DNA of 64,000 nt, from positions 32,001 through 96,000 of IMG/VR virus record IMGVR_UViG_3300033994_001756; one strand, 5' to 3'. The stretch comes from a virus. The position numbers and the translations under genes are program-made. Below the pieces are notes generated by a model. That model had not been told where the DNA came from. It saw only the letters and a list, made by a program, of their open reading frames with translations, and did no database searches. Of this stretch, positions 1-10,800 are shown piece after piece (position 1 is the stretch's first letter; each line of letters starts with the position of its first letter).

Positions 1-14
1 AGTTAATTGAATTA

Positions 15-3000
15 GTGCAAGCTAAAGATTCTGCTAATAATATCCCAGGAACATCTTTAGTTGTATCCGAAATTTCAAAGGTAAGTAATACACTATATGA
101 GTTTGAACTACAAAAATCATTAAACTATAAAGATTTATACATTCCATCTTCCACTATAGTTACATCTACAGTATCTAATATTACATCATCATCAAATTCT
201 ACTATTACAGTAGCATCAACTTTTAACTTCCCCACAACAAATGGAAAGTTATTTGTAAATAATGCAGTCATAAATTATCAATCTAAAACTAATACTCAAT
301 TTTTAAATTGTACTCTAGTTGGAACTGGATCTGTTAATGTTACTACGAATAATGTTGTTCATCTATATGGAAGAAACTGTTTAACATCTGGAAATCTTAC
401 ATATTTTATAAAAGGTTATATTGATGGGGATAGAAATTCTACTCCCATTCTATTCCGACTACATGCATTGCCATCAGCTCCAATAATTGAAAACGGAGGA
501 GCATTATACACTAAAAATGTTTTTGAACTAGAATCGCCTACATTAAAATTAAATAAAACTATATTAAATGCAAAACAATATAGTGGCGGTGAAATTGATG
601 AAGTAATTATAGAAAATCCTGGAAATAACTATAAAGTAAATGATAAACTAATTGTAAATAATGCAGGAAATCTAGGAAGTGGCTTTTCTGCACAAATATC
701 TAGTATAGTAGGTAAGCAATTAACTGCTATTAATTTTGATGTAATTGATGAGCAAAAGTGCATCATATTTACAACTAATCAGGATCATGATTTAGAAGTT
801 GGTAATAAATTAAAATTTAGTAATATCTTAGGTAATCAAGTAATTTTTAATGTACTATCTCGTACTAAATTTGCAATAGAAAATACTTTAAATTTAACTA
901 CTTTAAATTTGACTAATCTAACTTATATTACAAACTCACTTACTGCATCTGGCCCTATTAGTGCTATCAATATTTCAAATTATGGGAAAAATTATTCCAA
1001 ATTACCAGAGGTGATTGGATTTAACTCCCAAAATGGTGCGGGAGCACTCATTCAATTAAATTCATCAAAAGTAGGTAAGCTTACAAAATTTACATATGAT
1101 TCAGTTGGAGATGAATTAATTGGCAATCGAAATACTGAATATAAAATAAAAATTCCTAATAGTGCAAAAATTGTTAATAATTTTGAAGTAAATTCAATTC
1201 AAGTTTTAACTGGAGGAAATAATTATAATTCTACACTAGATAAAATACTAGTGAATGGTGTGGTAGATCCTGGATATGAATTTCGTATAGTAGCTGAATC
1301 TGGCATTATAAAGGAAATCATTGTACTAAAAAGTAAATATAATTTAAATTCTATCCCTGCGATTACCATTCAAAGTCAGTTTGGTTCGGGTGCGACTTTT
1401 CGTGCGGTGTTAAAAAGAAAGCAAATTAAACAAGGCGATATTTTAACATTCGGAACTTCCACTTCTTCTGTAAAATGTGAGGTTGTAAGTTTTGATCCTT
1501 TAACATCTACTCTAGAATATTATGTAATATCTGGAAATATTTTATCCGGAGACGTAATTTATGATTCTCTTGGTTTTGCATATGGAAAAATTCAAAATAT
1601 AAACAAAGCATCAGTTTACTGCAAGAGATCTCCTTATATTAGATATTCTCCAAAATTTTTAGATAATCTTGGATTTATTAGTGATGCAAGTCAAAAAATT
1701 ATCAATAGTGACTATATTCAAGATTGGTCATATACTATAGCATCTACTAGAAATACATCAGAGTGGAAAAATCAAGTACTCAATAATACCCATGTATCTG
1801 GGTACAAAGTATTTGGCAGACATAAAATTGAAAATAAAAAGGAATTTTTTGAAGCCAAAGAAGAAGTATTTAATAGCTCAGTTATTTTTAAGTCTACATT
1901 AAGTAACTTAGCTAAATTAAATTTAGATTTATCAAAGTCAATTTTACAAAAAATTGCTATAACAGATGTATCTACATTTGCAGTATCTGATGTCATTTAC
2001 GGTAGCTTTAGTGAGTCATATGGAATTATTACAGCAATAAATGAAAATTACATTACAATCAATACAGTAAGTGATACTCAATTTCAATTTGGTGAATATG
2101 TATTCAAGGTGCCTGTTGAGTTCATTCTTGAAAATAGTAATACTACCAAATATGGTATGTCTTTTTATAATGGAATTTTTCAAGAACCATTCCAATCATA
2201 TTATTTAACTCAAACTGATTACATCCCAAGATTTTTGGTATCGTCTGCTGATGCTATAGTATTGCAACAACTACAAACCCCATTTGAAGTTGTAGATACT
2301 ACTTTAATTGGAAATCAAGTAACACTTACTAAAAATTTAACCCCAATAGTTCCTACATCTAAAGAACAACTTATAGTTTCAATTGACGGTGTTGTTCAAT
2401 CACAATCATCATATACGCTTTCCCAAAATATTTTAAACTTTAATTCAGTCACAATAACACCAGAAGATAATTTGATTGTACTATATCATCCAAAATTAAA
2501 ATCACTAACATTTACTGGTTCTGGTGTAAATTATACAATTAATTACACTCCCACATCTACATCTAATTTGATGATATTTGCCAATGGCGTATATCAAACT
2601 CACTTAGCACCAATCTCAAACTATTCATCAAATACTAATCAATTAACATTTAGTAGTTCAATTGTTGACCCAACAACAAATTTAGTAGGTTGGTATATTG
2701 ATGAAACTGTAACCTGTTCTATTGTAGATATTGGAAATATTAATAGTAGAAGAATTATTGATCTCAAAGCAGTAGACCTTCAAAAATTAACTGAATATCT
2801 TGAAACTAATTCAGTTAAGTCTCCTAAGTCTTCATATGAAATAACTAAAGATTTACTTGAAGGTACTGTATACACTGACAATATAGACACAGTATATGGA
2901 TTTGATACTAAATTTATGTATTCTAGTCCACAATACTCATCAAGCTATGTTGAAGTTTTAGATCCAATTATATTTAATGGCACTTCATATACATACACAT

Positions 3001-6000
3001 TGAAGTATATGGATGGAAATACTTATACCCCATTCAATGGAAAAAGTAATCTAATAGTTAACATAGGTGGAAATGTTTTAGATCCTAAAAAATATACTAT
3101 TACTGGCTCAAATATAACATTTGAAAATTTATACATCGGAACAAGTAGTTGCACAATAATTGATTTTCGTAGTAATTTTGTTGCAAATACACCCTCCAAC
3201 AGCAAAGGTTTAATTCTAGATGATCTAAATGTAGTTCAAAATGGAAGTAGAAAAACTTTTAATTTATCTGATAGAGGTGTGCCTCAATATGTTAGACATA
3301 CTGCAGATATATTTGCAGTAAAAAATCAAACGTTGTTGGTTCCTAATTCGCAGTCACAAACAGTATCCGCAAATAAAATTACATTACAACAAGCACCAGT
3401 TGCATCTGATATTACACAGTTATTCTATTTTAATAGGCAATTAAGTCCAGCAAAAACAAAGAATGTGGTTTTGGATACATGGCAATGCATGAATGGGGTA
3501 CAAAAAACTTGGCCATTAACACGAAATGGAATTTTATTTGCACCGATAAATGTCAATAATTTACTTGTCTGCAGAAACGGAGTATTTCAACTTCCTGGTG
3601 TAGATTATACTGTTTCGGGTGCTTATGTAACCTTTGATGAAGCTCCTGAAATTATAGAAGATATTGTAATCATATATTCATATAATAATATAAATCAAAA
3701 CAGTTATATCACTAGTTTTACTGCAATTGCTCAAGTAAGTACTGTAAACTTAGGTTTGACTCCTCCAAATGTATATGATTTACTAGTTTCCAGAAATGGA
3801 GTTATTCAAAATCCTACTGAAGATTTTACTGTATCTGGAAGTACTTTAACATTTACTTCACCTGTTCAAGCACTTGAAAGTGTGTTTATAGTATATGCTC
3901 ATGCATCTGAAGAGATTGGCATTTCTAGTATTACTAATTCTACAATAATTCTATCAACTGCAATAACTTCTGGGCAAGAAGATGGTTTGGTGATTTATGT
4001 CAATGGTACTCCAAAATTTAATAATAAAGATTATACAATTTCCAATGGAAATACAGTAACTCTTCTTAATGGAGTTACTGTAGATCCTGGAACATTTCCG
4101 TTTGCTATAAAATATGTTACATCATTTATTGTAGATGAACTTGGAGATTGTCAAAATGGAACTAATCAAAAATTTAGATTATTCTATAATCAACAAAATT
4201 TAGTAGCTGCCGATGTAGCAAGTAATGCAGACATTTTAGTTTCAAAGAATGGAGTTATTTTATATCCTGGAGTTCAATATACAATAAACTCTGAAAGAGG
4301 TATGATAATATTTTCTACACCATTGAATTCTACAGATGTAGTGTTTATGATTAGAATGTATAATAATCAACTGATTACTTTATCTGGAACTGGGACACAA
4401 TATAATTTAAGTGATTCTATATTACCATCAGAAGAAAACCAGTTAGTTATCTTTGCAGCTAAGCAATGGTGTACTAAAGAAGCTAATGATTTTACATTAC
4501 AAACCATAAATACTATAAATTTAAGTAGTACTACTGCAGGTTCAAATTTATTTGCTATAAAATTTGATATATCATTTAAACTATTAGATCAAATTCATAC
4601 TCCATTTAATGGAGTAAATTCTAGATTTACTTTATTTGCATCCCAAGAAAATTTCTTGCCTACAGGAACTATTGAAAATAACCAATATCCAAGTGAATCA
4701 AGTTTAATTGTAATTAAAGATGGAAAATTATTAGATCCTGGAGTAGATTACACTTTGCAAGGTGATATCAAGAATCAGATTGAATTTGCAGTTGCTCCTC
4801 TTTCAACTAGTGAAATTTCAGTTAGATCAGTTGGTGCTTTCTTGAAATTAAAAACTATTAATTCTGCTATTGGAACTTCATTTAACCTCCAAAAAGTTGA
4901 CAATACAGATTATTATCCAAACAAAGACATTGATAGACCTAGAAAATTTGAGAACCAAATCTTAGTCTTTAGAGATGGAACAATTCAAAGTCCTCTTTAT
5001 AACTATTATATTGATAATAACAAATTAATTTTTACGTCCAGTATTTCATCAAGCAAATTAGTTATACTAGATTTTAGAGGAGCTTCTTCTGATGTTAGCA
5101 TAGATGATATTGCATATCAAGTTTCGGTAGGTGACAAAATATTACTAGGTGGAGATCCTGATTTAAAAGTTGTCTCTTCTATATTGTCCCCAACTGTATT
5201 GACCGTGACTGCTTATATTGAAGCTGGTAAAACATATACTATTACCAAAGCAGGAACTAACTTTACTACATTTGGAGCTTCAAACAACAATGTAGGAACT
5301 ACATTTACTGCTACTGCTTCTGGAACTTCTAACGGAAATGCATATACTGTAAATACTAAAAGAGCATCTGGACTTGCGGTTACTAGTACTACGTCAAATG
5401 GAAAAGTTACTAATTTTTCCATTACAAATGGCGGAAGTAATTATGAAGATCCAGTTATCATCCGAACTAAAGGAATTGGTTATAATGCAACAGGAAGTGC
5501 TACGGTTGATATTACTGCTGGAAGCAAAGTAGTTGGTCCAGTAGAAATTGAATCTCAGGGATATAATCAATATTCCGCTCCTGTAGTAATACCTACTTCA
5601 TACTCATATTTGTATAAGCAAGTTCCGTTTAGTAACTCTGGAATTATGATAGCTACTAAACTAAATTCTGCAATAAATTCTGTTGATGAAATTATTACTA
5701 TTTCAAATTCAAATAGATTTGCATCTAGTGATATTCAAGTTGTTGCAACTTCTTCTACTGGTTCTGGAGCTTCATTTAGACCTTTCGTTAGCAACGGAAA
5801 GATAACTAAAGTAGAATTACTAAGTGGTGGTAGTAATTACAATGAATTAGATATATCTATTGATGTGATTAATGGAGGGGGATCGGGTTGTGTAATTGAA
5901 CCTGTACTAAACTCTTCTGGAAATATTATCTCAATAAATTTAAAAAATACAGGTGAAGGATATGATAGCTATAAAGTTATTATAAATTCTGAAATAATAG

Positions 6001-6116
6001 AATATACAACTGTTGACAATACTCAAACATACCCACGTTTATTGGGATGTACTAGAGGACCAAATTCAACATCACATGTTCAAAATTCCCTAGTATATTT
6101 TGATTCTGTTATCTAA
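15..6116 (+). CDS. Large baseplate wedge protein (gp7-like), probably 5'-truncated by the window edge
   Basis: Frame is open from the window start. Directly upstream of gp8. Contains DSxYIQDWSY-like and HVSGYKVFG motifs of cyanophage gp7-type wedge proteins, plus many (L/I)LVxxNGVxQxPxxDYTVSG and IxIxNxGxxY repeats. Confidence 0.7.
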   Translation: MQAKDSANNIPGTSLVVSEISKVSNTLYEFELQKSLNYKDLYIPSSTIVTSTVSNITSSSNSTITVASTFNFPTTNGKLFVNNAVINYQSKTNTQFLNCTLVGTGSVNVTTNNVVHLYGRNCLTSGNLTYFIKGYIDGDRNSTPILFRLHALPSAPIIENGGALYTKNVFELESPTLKLNKTILNAKQYSGGEIDEVIIENPGNNYKVNDKLIVNNAGNLGSGFSAQISSIVGKQLTAINFDVIDEQKCIIFTTNQDHDLEVGNKLKFSNILGNQVIFNVLSRTKFAIENTLNLTTLNLTNLTYITNSLTASGPISAINISNYGKNYSKLPEVIGFNSQNGAGALIQLNSSKVGKLTKFTYDSVGDELIGNRNTEYKIKIPNSAKIVNNFEVNSIQVLTGGNNYNSTLDKILVNGVVDPGYEFRIVAESGIIKEIIVLKSKYNLNSIPAITIQSQFGSGATFRAVLKRKQIKQGDILTFGTSTSSVKCEVVSFDPLTSTLEYYVISGNILSGDVIYDSLGFAYGKIQNINKASVYCKRSPYIRYSPKFLDNLGFISDASQKIINSDYIQDWSYTIASTRNTSEWKNQVLNNTHVSGYKVFGRHKIENKKEFFEAKEEVFNSSVIFKSTLSNLAKLNLDLSKSILQKIAITDVSTFAVSDVIYGSFSESYGIITAINENYITINTVSDTQFQFGEYVFKVPVEFILENSNTTKYGMSFYNGIFQEPFQSYYLTQTDYIPRFLVSSADAIVLQQLQTPFEVVDTTLIGNQVTLTKNLTPIVPTSKEQLIVSIDGVVQSQSSYTLSQNILNFNSVTITPEDNLIVLYHPKLKSLTFTGSGVNYTINYTPTSTSNLMIFANGVYQTHLAPISNYSSNTNQLTFSSSIVDPTTNLVGWYIDETVTCSIVDIGNINSRRIIDLKAVDLQKLTEYLETNSVKSPKSSYEITKDLLEGTVYTDNIDTVYGFDTKFMYSSPQYSSSYVEVLDPIIFNGTSYTYTLKYMDGNTYTPFNGKSNLIVNIGGNVLDPKKYTITGSNITFENLYIGTSSCTIIDFRSNFVANTPSNSKGLILDDLNVVQNGSRKTFNLSDRGVPQYVRHTADIFAVKNQTLLVPNSQSQTVSANKITLQQAPVASDITQLFYFNRQLSPAKTKNVVLDTWQCMNGVQKTWPLTRNGILFAPINVNNLLVCRNGVFQLPGVDYTVSGAYVTFDEAPEIIEDIVIIYSYNNINQNSYITSFTAIAQVSTVNLGLTPPNVYDLLVSRNGVIQNPTEDFTVSGSTLTFTSPVQALESVFIVYAHASEEIGISSITNSTIILSTAITSGQEDGLVIYVNGTPKFNNKDYTISNGNTVTLLNGVTVDPGTFPFAIKYVTSFIVDELGDCQNGTNQKFRLFYNQQNLVAADVASNADILVSKNGVILYPGVQYTINSERGMIIFSTPLNSTDVVFMIRMYNNQLITLSGTGTQYNLSDSILPSEENQLVIFAAKQWCTKEANDFTLQTINTINLSSTTAGSNLFAIKFDISFKLLDQIHTPFNGVNSRFTLFASQENFLPTGTIENNQYPSESSLIVIKDGKLLDPGVDYTLQGDIKNQIEFAVAPLSTSEISVRSVGAFLKLKTINSAIGTSFNLQKVDNTDYYPNKDIDRPRKFENQILVFRDGTIQSPLYNYYIDNNKLIFTSSISSSKLVILDFRGASSDVSIDDIAYQVSVGDKILLGGDPDLKVVSSILSPTVLTVTAYIEAGKTYTITKAGTNFTTFGASNNNVGTTFTATASGTSNGNAYTVNTKRASGLAVTSTTSNGKVTNFSITNGGSNYEDPVIIRTKGIGYNATGSATVDITAGSKVVGPVEIESQGYNQYSAPVVIPTSYSYLYKQVPFSNSGIMIATKLNSAINSVDEIITISNSNRFASSDIQVVATSSTGSGASFRPFVSNGKITKVELLSGGSNYNELDISIDVINGGGSGCVIEPVLNSSGNIISINLKNTGEGYDSYKVIINSEIIEYTTVDNTQTYPRLLGCTRGPNSTSHVQNSLVYFDSVI

Positions 6117-6123
6117 ATAAATA
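6113..6123 (+). promoter_or_regulatory. T4-type late promoter (CTAAATA/ATAAATA) for gp8
   Basis: CTAAATAAATA overlaps the upstream stop codon, about 35 nt before the ATG. Matches the gp55-dependent TATAAATA family. Confidence 0.7.
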
Positions 6124-6157
6124 ATCATACAAAAGACTAACTACAAGGATAAAACTA

Positions 6158-7759
6158 ATGCCTTCTTTAGTAACTGATAATTTTAGAGTGTTCGCAGCAC
6201 AGCAGTTCATAGAATCTCTTGATGAGCCTTACACTGGTGCATCTAAAGATGTAGATTCGTCTGCTAGTGCTCAAGCATATAGAAGTAAAATATATTTGTT
6301 TATTGGAAGATCTTATAACTGGAATGATGTAAACGGTACGATAAAAGAAAGGTATGGATTAGTTCCATCAGTAAGTGATCAAACACCACCAAATCCAGTT
6401 GATAATTTGGATGAATTGAATGAAATTTACGATGACATGATTGCAATTAAAAGAATTGAACGAGGTGATGTATCTGAAGTAATTCGTAAGCGAATTTGGC
6501 AATCTGGAATTGTATATGACATGTATAGGCATGATTATAGTCCTGCAAATCCAGCAAAAGCTTCATTGCAATCAAAATTATATGATTCAAATTTTTACGT
6601 GATGACCGATGATTTTCGTGTATATAAGTGCATTTATAATGGTCAAACTGCGCCTGGAGGAGCATATCCAAATGGAAAGCCATCAACGACAAAACCAACC
6701 GCAACTACTCCCACTATACAAACCACTAGTGATGGATATAGATGGAAGTACATGTATACTATAACTATCACAGATTATATTAAATTTGTTTCTACCGATT
6801 TTATTCCAGTCAAAATAGAGTCTGCTGTCACAAACGCTGCGGTCAATGGATCAATAGATCAAGTACTTGTTCAAAATGCAGGTTCAGGATTAACTATAAA
6901 TGGTAGTACCACTTCAGGAACTGTATATGCTAGCATTGATGGTAATGGTACTGGAGGAATTCTTGCAATTACTATTTCTGGTGGAGCGGTGACTTCAGCA
7001 GAAATTTCTGCAGTTGGTTCTGGGTATACATTTGGATATGTCGATCTATCAAAGTGTTACTCACAAAGTAATTTAAGTGGTTCTATAGTTGGACTAGGTG
7101 TAAATTCAAGTAGTGCTAAGATTCTTCCAATTATTTCACCTGCAGGTGGCCATGGTAAAAATGCAATATATGAATTAGGTGGATATAGAGTGATGATTAA
7201 TAAAAATATTGAATTTTTAGATGGCAATGGTGATATTCCAGTTAACATGGAATTTAGAAGATTTGGATTGATTGAAGATCCTCAAATTAGCAATTTAGAT
7301 TTTATTGAAACTACCGGAACAGTTTGCAAAGCAGTTAAATTTTTAAATACTACTCCTGAAACAACTACATTTTTAAACGGTCAAATTATAACTCAAACTA
7401 GAACAGTTGGAGGAATTACATATGAAGCAAAGGGAAGAGTTATTCATTGGGATCCAATAAATAAAGTTCTTAGATATTATCAAAATGAATATATTTCAGA
7501 AACTCAATCCACAACAAGTAAAAATAAATTAATTCAATTTACTGGAAATTCTATTATTTCTAGTGCGACTGCATCAGCTACTCCAGATTCTACATATACG
7601 GGATCCATCGCAGGACTCCCAGCTGTGCAATTTACAGATGGATATTTTACTTCTGAAATAACTCCATATAGTGGTAATATTCTGTATGTTGAAAATAGAA
7701 AACCAGTGTTTAGATCCAATGATCAAATTGAAGATGTAAAATTAGTTATTGAATTTTAA
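6158..7759 (+). CDS. gp8: Baseplate wedge subunit gp8
   Basis: YDMYRHDYS, VYKCIYNG, DGYRWKYMY and C-terminal YVENRKPVFRSNDQIEDVKLVIEF motifs; synteny. Confidence 0.9.
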   Translation: MPSLVTDNFRVFAAQQFIESLDEPYTGASKDVDSSASAQAYRSKIYLFIGRSYNWNDVNGTIKERYGLVPSVSDQTPPNPVDNLDELNEIYDDMIAIKRIERGDVSEVIRKRIWQSGIVYDMYRHDYSPANPAKASLQSKLYDSNFYVMTDDFRVYKCIYNGQTAPGGAYPNGKPSTTKPTATTPTIQTTSDGYRWKYMYTITITDYIKFVSTDFIPVKIESAVTNAAVNGSIDQVLVQNAGSGLTINGSTTSGTVYASIDGNGTGGILAITISGGAVTSAEISAVGSGYTFGYVDLSKCYSQSNLSGSIVGLGVNSSSAKILPIISPAGGHGKNAIYELGGYRVMINKNIEFLDGNGDIPVNMEFRRFGLIEDPQISNLDFIETTGTVCKAVKFLNTTPETTTFLNGQIITQTRTVGGITYEAKGRVIHWDPINKVLRYYQNEYISETQSTTSKNKLIQFTGNSIISSATASATPDSTYTGSIAGLPAVQFTDGYFTSEITPYSGNILYVENRKPVFRSNDQIEDVKLVIEF

Positions 7760-7760
7760 A

Positions 7761-7767
7761 ATAAATA
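7761..7767 (+). promoter_or_regulatory. Late promoter ATAAATA
   Basis: Intergenic, 35 nt upstream of the 7802 ATG. Confidence 0.65.
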
Positions 7768-7801
7768 ATAAGAAGCACAAAAAAACTTGAAGGTTAAATA
7801 G

Positions 7802-10800
7802 ATGCAAAATACAGATCTTAGTTTGCAACCATACTTTGATGATTTTACTGAAGATAAAAAATTTTATAAGGTATTATTTAAGCCAAACTATCCTGTACAG
7901 GCTAGAGAGTTAACCACACTCCAGTCAATGCTACAATACCAAATTGAGAAATTTGGTCAGCATGTTTTTAAAGAAGGTTCAGTAGTTATTCCTGGTCAAA
8001 CAGGTTATAACACTCAATATAATGCAGTTTTAGTACAGCCAACTGTAAACTCTATTAGCTTTGAAACTATCAGGCAAAATTTAACTGAAAAAACTATTAG
8101 AGGATTGACTAGTAATGTAGTTGCTACAGTAGTTAATAGTATTAGTGCTCAGCAATCTGAAAAATTAACTCCTACATTATACATTAAATATATTTCTTCT
8201 GGAAATATTGTAAATGGAACACAGTTCACTAAATTTGCAAATGGTGAAACTTTAGTTGATGAATTTAATAACCCAGTGGCAGTTACAGTATCCCAAAATG
8301 CAACTGATTATGTTGGAAGTGCTGCGTATATCACCGAAGGAGTATATTTCATTAGGGGATTTTTTGTAACTGTTCCACAACAAACTATAATATTAGATCA
8401 GTATTCAAATTTTCCGTCATATAAAATTGGGTTATCAGTACAAGAATCTATTGTAACTGCAGAAACAGATTCTAGCTTATATGATAATGCTGTTGGATCT
8501 TCAAATTATACTGCACCGGGAGCAGATAGACTTAAAATTGATGCAGTATTAACAAAACAAGATATTAATTTTGGATCTGATTCATCATTCATTGAACTTC
8601 TTAGATTAGATAAGGGGAAATTAGTTGAACAAGTTCAAGCTTCAGTTTATGATGAATTAGAAAAGAATTTAGCCAGAAGAACTTATGATGAATCTGGAAA
8701 CTATACTATTAACGATATTAATCTAAAAATTCGTGAAACTTATAATGATGGAAAAAACAATGGGGTATATAAGTTAAATGATACTCTTTCAGATGGAAGA
8801 AAAGTATTAAACAGGCAACCAACTGCAGAAGACGGTAATGCAATCAATGGCTTAGACTATTATACAATTGAATTAGATCCATTAAAAGCATATGTAAAGG
8901 GATATGAGATTAATAATACTAGCAAAAAATATCTGACCGTAGAAAAACCTAGATCATCACTATCTTTAAATAATCAAGGTATTTCTTCAATTTTTGGTAA
9001 CTATTTTACATTAAAAGTTAGTACAATTACCGGTGGAGTAATTCCAACTGGGACTACAATTCAGTTATTAAATTCTGGAACTCAAATTGGGCAATGTAGA
9101 TCATTGTCATTAATTTCTGGAGGAAGGTTATTTGTATGTGATGTCAGTATGTTTTCTGTCATCACTACATCTGAAGCTACCCCAAACGTAATAGTAGGAG
9201 ACTTTATCTTTGGCTCAAATGGAAGTCAAGGAGTAGTTCATGGAGTAAATGGTAATGTTATTACTGTAAGGCAAACTACTGGAGATTTTTCAGCAGGGGT
9301 ATCTTTTACCAATAGTAATAATTCTAGCACCCATATTGTAGCTACTGCAGTAAATAATAAGATTGAAAACATAACTTCAATTCTTGCTTCCGGTGGTGCT
9401 ACTGCACAATTAGAACTTGAACAAGTTTCAATTTCTGGATCTTCATTTGTAGTAACAACTAATGTATTAACTGGAACTTCTACTCAATTTTCTAGAGATT
9501 TGAAAGCTGGAATGAAGCTTCAGATCGGAACTAATATTGCAACAATTCAATCAATTTCAGGAGAAAGCGTAACTTTATCCACTGGAAGTATTGCAAACGG
9601 AACTTACTATTCAGTAAAAAAATTAGTTCCAAAATTAAATACATTTGGAGCTAATTTTTTCTCTAGATTTCCAAACACAGTTAAATCAACTTCAGATTTA
9701 TCATATTATAAAACTATAAACGAAACTAAAACTGTTTCTAACGGAGCTGGTGGTTTAGGTAGCGTGACTATCTCAACTACATCCGATTATGCTATTTCCA
9801 CTGCAGATATAAGTGTATCAAATTCATCTGGAAGTGTTAGTTATACAATAAGTTCTTCATCTCAACCAAGTAGTATAAATTTAGTTGTAAGCAGTTCTTT
9901 AATTAACACTTCTGTTTTAGTTACATATAAAGTAAAAGTAAATAATCCAACATTAAAAACTAAAACCTCAAATAAATTTAGTTGTTTACTTGTAGATAAA
10001 CAACAAAATAGTACTAATACCAAATATGGTACTAGAATTTCAGATAAAGAAATTTCATTAAAATTTTCTGATGTTTATCAAATTCATGCCATTCATGAAG
10101 CAATATCATCATCTGATGCCAATACTAATTTATTTGATAGTGTAGTTGTAAATGATTCAAGCCTACTTCAACTTGGTGATATTATATACTATGAGTCGGT
10201 CAGTGCTAGAATTATTTCTATCAGTGGAAATACATTATACATTAAATACTTGTCTTCTGATAAATTCCCAACTACATTCTCCCAGGCACTTCAAATTGTA
10301 ATTGCAGGAGATTCTAATATACAAGGTAAATTTATTACTTCGGTTTCGAATGGAACCTACAGAGATATTACAAATAACTTTAACTTAGTAAAAAATGATT
10401 CTACTGAATTTTATAATATTTCTAAGTTAGTTAGAAATGAAGGAAGACCAGTACCTACAAATAAATTTATTGTAATATTTGATTATTATATTCATTCTAA
10501 CACTTCAAATGATTTCTATACTGCAAATTCATATAATTTTAGTGAGGAGCCATTTGCTACTATTCCGACAACTTATGACGGAATTCCATATACAGATATT
10601 GTAGATTTTAGATATGAAACTACAGCCTCTTCAGTTGCTGGAACTTCTGGCACATTAACATCTCCATTTGTGGAAACTAATTCTGCGTTTGATTTATTCA
10701 GTTCTACTTCTCTTGCAAATAGAGTAGTTTCTACCTTTACATATCCAGGAGAACTTATTAGTGCTGATTATGATTACTACCTTGGAAGGATTGATAAAAT

